Positions 27,382 to 36,890 of a stretch of 64,000 nt of DNA are shown piece after piece. The DNA lies in the NCBI GenBank assembly GCA_043812155.1, contig JBDRMK010000017.1, positions 77,824 through 141,823 on the forward strand, in the 5' to 3' direction. Under the pieces are notes generated by a model. That model had not been told where the DNA came from, made no database searches, and saw only the letters and a list, made by a program, of their open reading frames with translations. Position 1 is the first letter of the stretch. Every line of letters starts with the position of its first letter. A program made the translations under genes and the position numbers. The DNA comes from Patescibacteria group bacterium (GTDB lineage Bacteria > Patescibacteriota > Patescibacteriia > JAXHNJ01).

Positions 27382-28221
27382 TTAACCTAAAATGTCAAAG
27401 AATTGTTTGGTTAGATTTAGCCAATTTTCAAGGCTTAATTCCTGGGCTCTTACTTTAAGGGGTAATTTTAGTTCTTTTAGAATTTTTTCGCTAATTTCAG
27501 CGGAAATTCCCAAACCATGCTTTAAATTATTGGTTAGCTTTTTTCTTTTGGCGCTAAATCCTATTTTAACAAGCTTCGCGAAATTCATTTCATTGACGTT
27601 AAATCTATTAATCCCGATATTTTCCAATTTTATCAAGGTGGAATTAATTTCCGGCCGGGGCCAAAAATATTCCTTACCCGCCTCCAAAATTATTTTAGGC
27701 GAAGAATAAAACTGGGTGAAAACCGCGAGCAAACTCATCTTACCGGGCAAAGCCGTGATCCTTTGGGCTACTTCTTTCTGCACTAAGATTATCATTTCTT
27801 TTGGCCGGGGACGTAAAGTAAGAAAATTTCTTAAAACCAGAGAAGTTATGTTATACGGCAGATTTGAAATTAACTTATAGTTTAAATCCTTAAAATATGT
27901 ATTTAAATCGACCTTAAAAATATCCGCTTGAATTATTTCAATATTTTTTCGGCGGGCAAATTTGTTTTTTAAAAAAAACGCCAGACGCCGGTCTAATTCC
28001 ACCGCCACAATTTTTTTTACTCGGGCCGCGATATCATCGGTTAAAAAACCAAAGCCCGATCCGATTTCTAAAACCAAGTCATCTGGCTTTAAACTACTGA
28101 CTTCAATGATTTGCTGATTTATTTTTTTGTTAAACAAAAAATTTTGGCCGGCTGAACGATGAGGCAACAAGCCGACTTGTTGGCAAAGAGATATAATACT
28201 TTTTTTTGATAACTCCAACAT
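27382..28221 (-). CDS. rsmA: 16S rRNA (adenine1518/1519-N6)-dimethyltransferase.
   Basis: GQNFL, EIGSGFGFLT and NLPYNI motifs of the KsgA/RsmA family. Confidence 0.85.
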   Translation of the reverse strand: MLELSKKSIISLCQQVGLLPHRSAGQNFLFNKKINQQIIEVSSLKPDDLVLEIGSGFGFLTDDIAARVKKIVAVELDRRLAFFLKNKFARRKNIEIIQADIFKVDLNTYFKDLNYKLISNLPYNITSLVLRNFLTLRPRPKEMIILVQKEVAQRITALPGKMSLLAVFTQFYSSPKIILEAGKEYFWPRPEINSTLIKLENIGINRFNVNEMNFAKLVKIGFSAKRKKLTNNLKHGLGISAEISEKILKELKLPLKVRAQELSLENWLNLTKQFFDILG

Positions 28222-28228
28222 GAAAAAA

Positions 28229-29389
28229 TTATAATAGCACGTAAAGCAAGGTCATCAGTCCGCCGATGACAAAAGCGGCGTTCCAGCCGGAAAAAAAGAA
28301 AAGTAAAACATAAACCGACAGACTAGCAATTATCTTGCCGAAGGCCAAGGATTGCTCAAAAAATACCACCGTTCGGATTATGTCGGATTTATTAGCTTGG
28401 TCATAGGTCGTTGTCACCACCGGCATGTATATCGTGCTTTTAAAGATCCGGGAGAATGTGTCAATGAATAAAATATGAAAACCATTGACCGCCAGGATCC
28501 TCACGAACCAGATGGCCGAATAAAATAAAGAACCGGTTCTAATTAATTTCTTTTTATTCTTATTGTCCGTTAATTTTCCGATGAATAAAACCAGAATACT
28601 GGTAATCAAAGTGGCTAAAGCGACGACGCTACCTAAAGTAAGAAAATCTTTTATCACCCAGTAGATAAAAACCGGCCAGACGACCATGACGATAAGCTCT
28701 TCGCCGAATCCCAGGTAGGCGAAAAAACTCCGGCGGTTTTCTTTGCTGAATATCATTTTAAAAGTGGAAAAATACGGAAAAGCCTCTTTTTTGAATATTT
28801 CTTTGGTCACCATCATGGGAATATTAGAGATCAGGATCAAGAGGGAAACGACGAAAAACAGAACATTAAAACCGAAGAATTTGATGATAAAACCGCCGGC
28901 CAAAGGCCCCAGCACGCAGACAATCATGGAAATATTAACAATGCCCGCCGTTTCCCTGCCCCGGTCCTCTTTTTGAGAATATTCGGCAAAATCGCCGTGA
29001 TACGCCGGCCAATAAAGGCTTTTTTGCATGGCAAACATAAAAACCGCCAAGACAAGAAAGACCGGATGGTGGGGTATCAAAAATAGGCATAAATAATAAA
29101 AGATCAGAAAAAAACAGCTGTACAGAATACTCCGCTCATAGCCGATTGAACCGACTGATTTGCCGCCCAGAGGGATCAGAAAAACATACAAAACATATAC
29201 TGCCAGATAAAAAAGCAGGATCTGCTGCAAGTTGTAGCCGATTTTCCAGAGGTAAATCGGCTCAAAAATAGAGATGGCGGAAACGGCGAAATCCATGATC
29301 GCCACCGAGGCGTAAAGCTCTTCCAGCTGGCGGGACACTCGTTTGGAAAAATAATGGACGGCGTGATAAGAAAAATTTTTTATGCTCAT
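28229..29389 (-). CDS. MFS-type transporter.
   Basis: About 11-12 hydrophobic helices and typical MFS length (386 aa). Confidence 0.6.
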   Translation of the reverse strand: MSIKNFSYHAVHYFSKRVSRQLEELYASVAIMDFAVSAISIFEPIYLWKIGYNLQQILLFYLAVYVLYVFLIPLGGKSVGSIGYERSILYSCFFLIFYYLCLFLIPHHPVFLVLAVFMFAMQKSLYWPAYHGDFAEYSQKEDRGRETAGIVNISMIVCVLGPLAGGFIIKFFGFNVLFFVVSLLILISNIPMMVTKEIFKKEAFPYFSTFKMIFSKENRRSFFAYLGFGEELIVMVVWPVFIYWVIKDFLTLGSVVALATLITSILVLFIGKLTDNKNKKKLIRTGSLFYSAIWFVRILAVNGFHILFIDTFSRIFKSTIYMPVVTTTYDQANKSDIIRTVVFFEQSLAFGKIIASLSVYVLLFFFSGWNAAFVIGGLMTLLYVLL

Positions 29390-30036
29390 AATTTTATCGG
29401 CCCCTGTCTTATTATTTTTATTTTATTATTTTTTAATATTACCAAAGTGGAAGGCTTAACTTTTTTTAAACGGCCGGCGTCAATGATCAGATCCGGCTGG
29501 TATTTCCTGCGGGAAAAATTTCTTAGAACATCCTTGATATTATAGCATTCTTTTCCCCCGGCTAAATTGGCTGAAGTGGCCGTTATGGGCTTACCGAAAC
29601 GCGCGCAAATCTGCCGGGCCAAGTTCTGTTTTGGCACCCGAACGCCTAATTTTATTTTTTTATTTTTTAAAGGCAATATCAACGTTAACGGCCCGGGCCA
29701 GTATTTACGGGCTAAAAATAACTCCTTGGCGTTTAAACGGAAAAATTTTTTGACCTGGGGTAAGGAACTGGCCACGAGAGCTATTTTTTTGTTTTTTGGA
29801 CGATTTTTTATGAGGTGAATTTTTTTCAATGCGGCGGCTGATTTAAAGTCGGCGGCCAGACCATAAGCCGTGTCTGTGGGAAAAACCAATACGCCTTGAT
29901 TTTTTAAGGCGGAAATCACTTTCGTCCAGAAATATTTAGTTTTTGGCTTGATAATTTCCAATTTTTTAAATTCCCGCTTTACTCTTAAAAAAATCAATCG
30001 CTTCAATTTCCCCGACATAGCATCTGCCATTTTCAT
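29386..30036 (-). CDS. tsaC: L-threonylcarbamoyladenylate synthase (YrdC/Sua5 family).
   Basis: VFPTDTAYGLAAD and TSANLAG motifs. The annotated ATG start overlaps the upstream thioredoxin-like gene by 71 nt, so the true start may be a downstream non-ATG codon. Confidence 0.8.
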   Translation of the reverse strand: MKMADAMSGKLKRLIFLRVKREFKKLEIIKPKTKYFWTKVISALKNQGVLVFPTDTAYGLAADFKSAAALKKIHLIKNRPKNKKIALVASSLPQVKKFFRLNAKELFLARKYWPGPLTLILPLKNKKIKLGVRVPKQNLARQICARFGKPITATSANLAGGKECYNIKDVLRNFSRRKYQPDLIIDAGRLKKVKPSTLVILKNNKIKIIRQGPIKL

Positions 30037-30328
30037 AAATCATCGGCACCCCCCTTTGACTCTCAGGAATTTGGCAGCCAGCCGCTTTAGTATTGAATAA
30101 ATTATAATTTTCTTCCGTGGAAAAAGCCTCCACCTTACTGTATTCCACTTTTTCATCAACTTTATTATCGGCGATATATTGTTCGACTTTCTGGCAATGG
30201 CCGCAATCATTACTATAAAAGAAAATCGGCTCTTTAGGCGCGGTATCGGTGCTCGCCGACTTTTCACCGCAGCCGACAATTATAAAAGCGAAAGCGAAAA
30301 TGACGGCGAATATAAATATCTTTTTCAT
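29966..30328 (-). CDS. Thioredoxin-fold lipoprotein with a CGHC redox motif.
   Basis: Lipobox-like N-terminus ending in IVGC, followed by a CGHC active-site motif. Confidence 0.55.
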   Translation of the reverse strand: MKKIFIFAVIFAFAFIIVGCGEKSASTDTAPKEPIFFYSNDCGHCQKVEQYIADNKVDEKVEYSKVEAFSTEENYNLFNTKAAGCQIPESQRGVPMIYENGRCYVGEIEAIDFFKSKAGI

Positions 30329-30332
30329 TTTA

Positions 30333-30884
30333 TTATTCTTTAATGGTAAATATATCGCTCACTTTTCTCTCTTTGTAGTGAAGCAATAAATGAGCCAACT
30401 TTTCATAATCTTTAGGCAGATCAACCATCCCTTTTCTTTCTACGCGCGGATATCCAATTGGGAGACAAATAATCGGCGTGATATTTTCCGGTAAATCAAG
30501 GGCTTTTTTGATCTTTACTCCGTCAAAAGCCCCGCAGGCGCAGGAACCTAAGCCCAGAGCCGTGGCCGCCAACATCATATTAGAAATTATAATCCCGGAA
30601 TCTATATGAGGATACTTATTATCGTTTTGCTCGCCGGAAATTATACAAATTACCATGATCACCGGCGCCTCTTTGAGCCAAAAATTACCGGCAAAATTCG
30701 CTTTCACTACGGCCGTTCTTAATTCTTTATTTTTTACCACATAGACTTTATACGGCTGGCGATGGCGGGCCGAAGCGGAATGCAAACCCGCCCCCATGAT
30801 CTTCTGAAGTTTTTCTTCTTCCACCGGCTTTTCCAAATAAGCGCGAACGGAATGGCGTTTTAAAATTGTTTCGAATAAATCCAT
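30333..30884 (-). CDS. Nitroreductase-family protein.
   Basis: RHSVRAY N-terminal motif and length typical of NfnB/NfsA-like FMN nitroreductases. Confidence 0.7.
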   Translation of the reverse strand: MDLFETILKRHSVRAYLEKPVEEEKLQKIMGAGLHSASARHRQPYKVYVVKNKELRTAVVKANFAGNFWLKEAPVIMVICIISGEQNDNKYPHIDSGIIISNMMLAATALGLGSCACGAFDGVKIKKALDLPENITPIICLPIGYPRVERKGMVDLPKDYEKLAHLLLHYKERKVSDIFTIKE

Positions 30885-30889
30885 ACGAC

Positions 30890-31273
30890 CTATATATTTG
30901 GTAAACCTTTAATAGTGTCCTTTTCTCCCTCTTCCAATGAATTCATATCCAGAAAAATAATATCCGTCAGGGCTTTAACTTCGTGATAAATATTCGGAGA
31001 AATTTTTATCATAACGGGATAATCAACAACTGCCCGCATTTCTTCCGACGTTTTTAAATCTTTAAAATATATCTCAATTTTACCGGAAAGAAATACAAGA
31101 ATTTCTGGATTTTTCATATTACTTTTACCCGTGTGGTAATGAACTCCGCTGACCGTACCGACTTTTCTCTTAGCAAAGAGAATCTTATCAGACGGACGGT
31201 TTTCAAACTGAAAAGTCATGCCTTTTTCATTTTCCATGACTTTTACCAGCTTATTTATTTCAACACCCTTCAT
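30890..31273 (-). CDS. Cupin-fold protein, WxcM/FdtA-like (sugar 3,4-ketoisomerase family) by weak similarity.
   Basis: SGVHYH motif resembling the FdtA cupin core. Small size. Adjacent methyltransferase gene. Confidence 0.4.
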   Translation of the reverse strand: MKGVEINKLVKVMENEKGMTFQFENRPSDKILFAKRKVGTVSGVHYHTGKSNMKNPEILVFLSGKIEIYFKDLKTSEEMRAVVDYPVMIKISPNIYHEVKALTDIIFLDMNSLEEGEKDTIKGLPNI

Positions 31274-31293
31274 ATTTATTATTTTAAATCATT

Positions 31294-31935
31294 TTATTTT
31301 TCCGCCTGAATAAACCAACGGCCATAATTACCCATTTTTATTTTCACTTTTTTAAATTTTAAAAAAAATCTTGCGATCTCTTTTTTAGTGAAAAAACTGT
31401 GCGGCAATCCTTTTTCCGGACCGGTTAAAGGAATATAGGTACCGGCGGACACCATTCGCTTTTTTTGAAAATGGTGCCACTCATTTATTTGCTGACAATC
31501 CGGCAAGGTAATCAGAGTTTTTCCGTTATTCCGTAAAGCCCGGAATATTCTATTTACTAATTTTCTAATTTGCGCTTTTTTGCCGTGCTGGAGAGTGTTA
31601 AACGAAAAAATAAAATCATATTTACCCGGCGGAATTTTATACTTAAACATATCGGCCTTTATTATCCTGGATTTATCCTTCAATAATTTTTTAGTCATTT
31701 TTACCGCCGATAGACTGGAGTCAATCCCGTCGGTTGCAAAGCCCAATGTTTGCAGATATTTGAGGTATCTTCCGTCACCACAGCCGATGTCCAAAGCGGA
31801 TTTTGAAGTAAATTTTGACCGTTTAATAAATTTTTTAAATGGCGGGTATATTTCGTAGCCGAGAGAAGCATAGGCCGGCCCGCCTTTCAAATAATTTTTA
31901 TAAATCTTATCCCAAGTGGTCAAATTAAACGACAA
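31294..31935 (-). CDS. Class I SAM-dependent methyltransferase.
   Basis: ALDIGCGDGRY motif I. Confidence 0.65.
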   Translation of the reverse strand: MSFNLTTWDKIYKNYLKGGPAYASLGYEIYPPFKKFIKRSKFTSKSALDIGCGDGRYLKYLQTLGFATDGIDSSLSAVKMTKKLLKDKSRIIKADMFKYKIPPGKYDFIFSFNTLQHGKKAQIRKLVNRIFRALRNNGKTLITLPDCQQINEWHHFQKKRMVSAGTYIPLTGPEKGLPHSFFTKKEIARFFLKFKKVKIKMGNYGRWFIQAEK

Positions 31936-34633
31936 AATTAATTAATCTGCCTTTAACAAATATTACTTTCTTTGGCTCGCCTATAACGTACTTTCTCACT
32001 TTTTCAGAACTTAAAGCTTTTTCCTTTGCTTCACTTTCCGAAATATCCGCCGGTAATCTTAAACGCTCGCGCAGTTTGCCATTTACCTGGATGATAAATT
32101 CCACTTCTTCGTCTTTAACTAGTTTGGAGTCATAAGAAGGCCATTTTTCCTTGAAAATAGATTCTTTATGCCCTAATTTCTCCCAAAGTTCCTCGGCCAA
32201 ATGCGGGGCAAAAGGCGATAATAACTTACAATAAATTTCCCGTTCATCTTTTTTTGAACTATTTTCTTCAATATTACCAAGATTTATATAAATATTTATC
32301 AATTTCATTAAAGCTGAAACAGCCGTATTAAAGTGCAGATTATCAATATCTTCTGTTACTTTTTTAACCGTTTTGTTTAAGCCATATTTTTTTGTTTCTA
32401 AATCTTGAGTACCAAAATTCGTCTGGAAATGTTTTTGTATCCTATCTAAAAATCTTTTCATTCCTCTTAAACCGTCTGTGTTCCAGTTGATCGCCTGGTC
32501 AAACGGCCCCATGAACATTTCGTAAAGCCGGACGGCGTCCGCCCCGAATTCCTTGATAATGACATCGGGATTGACCACGTTGCCGAATGATTTGGACATT
32601 TTCCGGCCGTCTTCGGCCAAGACCATGCCATGAGAAACCCGACGTTTATATGGTTCATCAGTCGGCACTAATTTCAAATCATATAAGGCTTTGTACCAAA
32701 ATCTTGAATACAATAGATGTAGAGTCGTGTGTTCCATCCCGCCGTTGTACAAATCCACCGGCAACCAGTGCTTCATATTTTTCATGTCCGCGAATTTCTT
32801 GTCATTATGCGGATCGCAATAGCGGATGAAATACCAGTTTGAACCGGCCCAGTTAGGCATGGTATCAGTCTCTCTTTTCGCCTGGCCGCCGCACTTCGGG
32901 CATTTCACATTCACCCATTCGGTAATTTTCGCTAGTGGCGATTCGCCTGTATTCGTCGGCTCATATTCTTTGACTTCGGGTAATTCCACCGGCAGATCTT
33001 TTTCCGGCACCGGCACGACTCCGCATTTTTCGCAATGGATCAAGGGAATCGGCTCGCCCCAGTAATGCTGACGAGAAAAAATCCAGTCGCGGAGCTTGTA
33101 ATTGACGGCGGCTTTGGCCAAAGAAAAAGATTGGTTCGGAAAAAATGGCAGGATCTCCGGCAAAACAGTGATATTCCCGTTCGATTTGCTAAAGTGATGT
33201 TTGCCAGAAAAAAGATGAAATTCCGCTTCAGGCAAATTCTTTTTATAGTATTCTACGCTTTCGACGGGAATAAATGGATCATTATCCGAAAACATGATAA
33301 TAAATCGCTCCGCCAAAGCGCGTATTTTTTTCCAATTAAAAAGTCCTGATTCATTCATGGCCTCAACCGCTTTCCAGTCAGCCGTCGGATGCGAGTGTCT
33401 TAATTCCGTCCACTTCTGCCAGGGATTTGTCGGCGCCACTAATATTACGGTATGAACATTTTTACCTAATAATTGCAGATGATACAACATGGCAGGGCAA
33501 CCAAGACTATGACCTACTAATACCGATTGTTCGTTAATCTGCTCGTCAAACCGAGCCAATTGTTCGTTCCAAACGGCCATCGTGGGATGATCAGTATCGG
33601 ACAAAGAAGGTACTATTACCTCCCATCCCTTCTGACCAAGTTCTTTTTTCAACCAGGGAAACCAATTTTCTTTTTCATGCCCGCCAATACCATGAACAAC
33701 AAGACAGGTTTTAGTTTTCTGGCCGTCGGTTGAATTCAAATCTTTGATAATAATTTCTTTAAACTTAACTGAATCCATGCCATTATACTTACCGGAATTA
33801 ATCATTATCCCATCGCCGGCGTAAATTTTTCCTCTAATAAATTTGTCAAAAACATAATGATGCAATGGATCTTTTACTTTTTGATCCGCTTCTTTTTCGC
33901 TCAGCCATATAACTTTAAATTTTTCATTATCTTTTCGGTCAGTTATTCCTTTTTCTTCATCCATAAGTTCAAAATAAAGCCCCACCACCTCAATTTCCCG
34001 ATCTACATTTTTAGAGTGGGCCGTATAATGATGGTGGATTTTTTCTGACTGGGCAATAAATTTTAAATTTTTATAACCCGTTTCTTCTTTAATTTCACGT
34101 TTTGCACAAGCAACAGGATCTTCTCCTTTTTCCAAACCGCCACCAATAAGCAGATAACCCCCAAGCCCAGAGCCCCAATTTAGGGCTAAAATCCGGCCAT
34201 TTTTGGGATTTTTCACCAGAGCGACGATACTGCGGCGAAATTCTTCATTCTTCTTCGGAGTTCCGGTAACCGGCTCAATGACGTTAATTACCGGCAAATC
34301 GTATTTTTTCGCAAATTCAAAATCCCTTTCATCGTGCCCCGGCACCGCCATTATGGCGCCGGTGCCATAACCCGATAAAACATAATCCGCGACAAAAATG
34401 GGAATTTCTTCATTATTCACGGGATTAATAGCTTTGATTCCTTTTAATTCCACTCCAGTTTTTTCTTTTGATTCGGCGCGCTCTAAATCCGATTTCGCTT
34501 TGGCTTTTTTAATATATCCTTCCACCTCCTGGCGATTAGCGATTTGCGGCAAGAAATCGGCGATCAATTCATGCTCCGGCGACAAAACCATGTAAGTCAC
34601 GCCGTAGAGAGTGTCAGGTCTTGTTGTAAAAAC
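31925..34633 (-). CDS. leuS: Leucyl-tRNA synthetase, C-terminal 900 aa, with NUDIX and YdeN-type serine-hydrolase domains inserted in the CP1 region.
   Basis: YGTGAIMAVPGHDERDFEFA, NYKLRDWIFSRQHYWGEPIP and KMSKS motifs. The frame extends upstream of the annotated GTG (34600) to include VFTTRPDTLYGVTYMVLSPEH. Inserted NUDIX box GGGLEKGEDPVACAKREIKEETGY. Inserted hydrolase motifs VHGIGG, LVGHSLGC, FSDNDP and GKHHF. Confidence 0.85.
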   Translation of the reverse strand, partial: VFTTRPDTLYGVTYMVLSPEHELIADFLPQIANRQEVEGYIKKAKAKSDLERAESKEKTGVELKGIKAINPVNNEEIPIFVADYVLSGYGTGAIMAVPGHDERDFEFAKKYDLPVINVIEPVTGTPKKNEEFRRSIVALVKNPKNGRILALNWGSGLGGYLLIGGGLEKGEDPVACAKREIKEETGYKNLKFIAQSEKIHHHYTAHSKNVDREIEVVGLYFELMDEEKGITDRKDNEKFKVIWLSEKEADQKVKDPLHHYVFDKFIRGKIYAGDGIMINSGKYNGMDSVKFKEIIIKDLNSTDGQKTKTCLVVHGIGGHEKENWFPWLKKELGQKGWEVIVPSLSDTDHPTMAVWNEQLARFDEQINEQSVLVGHSLGCPAMLYHLQLLGKNVHTVILVAPTNPWQKWTELRHSHPTADWKAVEAMNESGLFNWKKIRALAERFIIMFSDNDPFIPVESVEYYKKNLPEAEFHLFSGKHHFSKSNGNITVLPEILPFFPNQSFSLAKAAVNYKLRDWIFSRQHYWGEPIPLIHCEKCGVVPVPEKDLPVELPEVKEYEPTNTGESPLAKITEWVNVKCPKCGGQAKRETDTMPNWAGSNWYFIRYCDPHNDKKFADMKNMKHWLPVDLYNGGMEHTTLHLLYSRFWYKALYDLKLVPTDEPYKRRVSHGMVLAEDGRKMSKSFGNVVNPDVIIKEFGADAVRLYEMFMGPFDQAINWNTDGLRGMKRFLDRIQKHFQTNFGTQDLETKKYGLNKTVKKVTEDIDNLHFNTAVSALMKLINIYINLGNIEENSSKKDEREIYCKLLSPFAPHLAEELWEKLGHKESIFKEKWPSYDSKLVKDEEVEFIIQVNGKLRERLRLPADISESEAKEKALSSEKVRKYVIGEPKKVIFVKGRLINFVV

Positions 34634-34634
34634 T

Positions 34635-35369
34635 TCAATGTGTGGTTTCGAATTTATAATTTCGGATTTCTAATTTTATATTAGCGCCCTCCGACCTTCC
34701 AATCCAGTCAATCTGCTGCTTTTTTATTTTTTCCAAAAAATCAACCTTATCCAAATCTTTGATTAAGCGGTCAGCATATTCAGTAATTTTAAAAAGCCAC
34801 TGCTTTTGATTTTTCTTGGTCACTTCTGCCCCGCATCTTTCGCACTTGCCCCCGACCACTTCTTCATTGGCTAAACCGATCTTGCAGGCTGGACACCAAT
34901 TGATCGGCATTTCTTTCTGGTAAACCAAACCGGCTTTGTATAATTGCAAGAATATCCACTGCGTCCATTTGTAATATTTCGGGTCGGAAGTATCAATCGC
35001 TCTTTCCCAGTCAAAAGAAAAACCCATCGCTTTCAACTGGCGGGTGAAATTGGCAATATTCTCCCGGGTTATATCTTGCGGTTTTCTTTTGACCTTTATG
35101 GCGTAATTTTCCGTGGGCAAACCGAAAGAATCAAAACCGATGGGGAATAAAACGTTTTCCCCTTCCATTCTTTTTTTTCGGGCCATAATATCAATTGCCG
35201 TGTAGGAACGAAGATGCCCCACATGAAGACCGTCGCCGGAAACATAGGGGAATTCTATCAGGCAATAATACTTATTCAGGGATTTATCATTGGCTAAAAA
35301 TAATTTTTGCTTTTGCCAAAAATCCTGCCATTTTTTTTCAATTTTACCCGGGCTAAAACCGTCGTTCAT
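34635..35369 (-). CDS. leuS: Leucyl-tRNA synthetase, N-terminal 244-aa catalytic portion, separated from the rest by an apparent frameshift.
   Basis: HIGH motif (HVGHLRSY), zinc-binding CPAC...CERCG, and [10 protein letters not shown] immediately before the expected editing domain. A TGA stop at 34635-34637 interrupts the frame. Confidence 0.8.
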   Translation of the reverse strand: MNDGFSPGKIEKKWQDFWQKQKLFLANDKSLNKYYCLIEFPYVSGDGLHVGHLRSYTAIDIMARKKRMEGENVLFPIGFDSFGLPTENYAIKVKRKPQDITRENIANFTRQLKAMGFSFDWERAIDTSDPKYYKWTQWIFLQLYKAGLVYQKEMPINWCPACKIGLANEEVVGGKCERCGAEVTKKNQKQWLFKITEYADRLIKDLDKVDFLEKIKKQQIDWIGRSEGANIKLEIRNYKFETTH

Positions 35370-35417
35370 ACCGAAATTTTATCATTTTTTGGCCGGTTTA
35401 ACAAATTGGACTTCTGC

Positions 35418-35445
35418 TTGACTTAACCGGCTAGTTTGATATAAT
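35418..35445 (+). promoter_or_regulatory. Sigma70-like promoter, TTGACT-N16-TATAAT, for the LysM/M23 gene.
   Basis: TTGACT at 35418-35423 and TATAAT at 35440-35445 in the divergent leuS / peptidase intergenic region. Confidence 0.5.
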
Positions 35446-35553
35446 AGGTTTTATCTTTTATTGACCACGGAAAAAGGCAAAATTTAACTAACATTAAAGA
35501 AAAAACCTATTTCCTTCCAGCTCAAAAAAATCGCCATTCTCACTCTTTCAAAA

Positions 35554-36840
35554 TTGTTCAGGGCTTTAAGCGTTGTCGGCCGGAGCTTAAGGCTTTTTTT
35601 CGTTTACGGACTGGGCAAGCCTCTGGTTTTTATCATCGGTTTTTTTCTTAAACCCGTGGCTATTACTTTATACAAACTGTACCGATTTTTAAAAAAAGAA
35701 TACCTAAAATTGAATCTGCCGACCGGCCAGAAGTTTTTTCAATTTTTTACTCACAAATACTTTGTCCATTTCATTATCATTGTCCTCACTCTTTCCGTGG
35801 CCAGCAACAGTTTGAGCGCCCGCGAGATTAAATTGGAGGAATTCGGCAAAAAAACTCTTTTTTCCGCTTTGGTCGCTTCCGATCAAAATCAAGAAACAAT
35901 AGAAGGAGTGGAAACGGTTCTCGCAAAAAGCAATTACCTGGAACGTAAGGACGCTTTGCGCGCCCGGGTCACGCCAACCGACGATAGCATACAAATTACA
36001 GAAACCACTCTTGTCACCACGGAAGAAGGCACCGCTTTAGTGAAAAACACTTTGCCTGACACCTCATTAACCGGCCAGCCGCGGGAAAACATTGAATCAT
36101 ATCAGGTTAAGGGCGGCGACACGATCAGCACCATTGCCGGCCAATTCGGCATTTCCACCAATACTATTTTGTGGGCCAATAGTTTGAACAGCACCGATTT
36201 AATAAAACCCGGCCAGACCCTGACTATTCCGCCGGTCTCGGGCGTCCTTTATAAAATACAAAAAGGCGACACCGTGGCCAGTCTCGCCAAAAAATATAAA
36301 GCGGATGAAAAAAACATCTTGGAATATAATCAGCTGGCCGACGCTTCAGCCATAGAAGTCGGCGATCAAATCATGATTCCGGGCGGAGAAATAGAACCGC
36401 CGCCGCCCGCCCCGAAAAAAACCACTTCTGGATTTGCTTCAATTTTTTCCGGCAATGCCCCGCCTTCGGCCCGTGTCTCTGAAGGTTCCCGTCTGCTTTG
36501 GCCCACGCCAAGCCATAAAATAAACCAATATTACCGATGGGGGCATCAAGCCATTGATATTGACGGCAATTATTCTTCGCCGATTTACGCCGCTGAGGAC
36601 GGCACGGCTGAAAAAGTCGGCCAGGGCACCGGTTACGGCAATGTTATTATTATCAGCCACGGCGGCGGCAAAAAAACCGTTTACGCCCACTTGAGCAAAT
36701 TCTTCATTAAGCAAGGCCAGGCGGTTTCAAAAGGCCAAACGATCGGCATGATGGGCTGCACCGGTTGGTGTACAGGCACCCACCTTCACTTTGAAGTCGT
36801 AATCAGCGGCAGTAAAGTCAACCCTTTAAGTTACTTATAA
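35554..36840 (+). CDS. Membrane-anchored peptidoglycan hydrolase with two LysM domains and a C-terminal M23 metallopeptidase domain.
   Basis: LysM motifs YQVKGGDTISTIAGQFGIS and YKIQKGDTVASLAKKYK. M23 motifs HQAIDI and GCTGWCTGTHLHFEV. Apparent TTG start. Confidence 0.8.
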   Translation: MFRALSVVGRSLRLFFVYGLGKPLVFIIGFFLKPVAITLYKLYRFLKKEYLKLNLPTGQKFFQFFTHKYFVHFIIIVLTLSVASNSLSAREIKLEEFGKKTLFSALVASDQNQETIEGVETVLAKSNYLERKDALRARVTPTDDSIQITETTLVTTEEGTALVKNTLPDTSLTGQPRENIESYQVKGGDTISTIAGQFGISTNTILWANSLNSTDLIKPGQTLTIPPVSGVLYKIQKGDTVASLAKKYKADEKNILEYNQLADASAIEVGDQIMIPGGEIEPPPPAPKKTTSGFASIFSGNAPPSARVSEGSRLLWPTPSHKINQYYRWGHQAIDIDGNYSSPIYAAEDGTAEKVGQGTGYGNVIIISHGGGKKTVYAHLSKFFIKQGQAVSKGQTIGMMGCTGWCTGTHLHFEVVISGSKVNPLSYL

Positions 36841-36890
36841 ATACGTTAAAAAAAAGCCTGTCTTATTCATAAAGCCAGACTTTTTTATTA

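Noticed and set aside
31925-34600. Intein as the explanation for the extra ~440 residues in LeuRS.
   Set aside because: The inserts show NUDIX and GHSLG serine-hydrolase signatures, not intein splicing blocks or a homing-endonuclease motif. The junction residues are not the Cys/Ser...HN-Cys/Ser/Thr arrangement expected for an intein.
36841-36890. Terminator between the LysM/M23 gene and the convergent small ORF.
   Set aside because: A-run and T-run are present, but only a 4-bp stem can be drawn; too weak to call.
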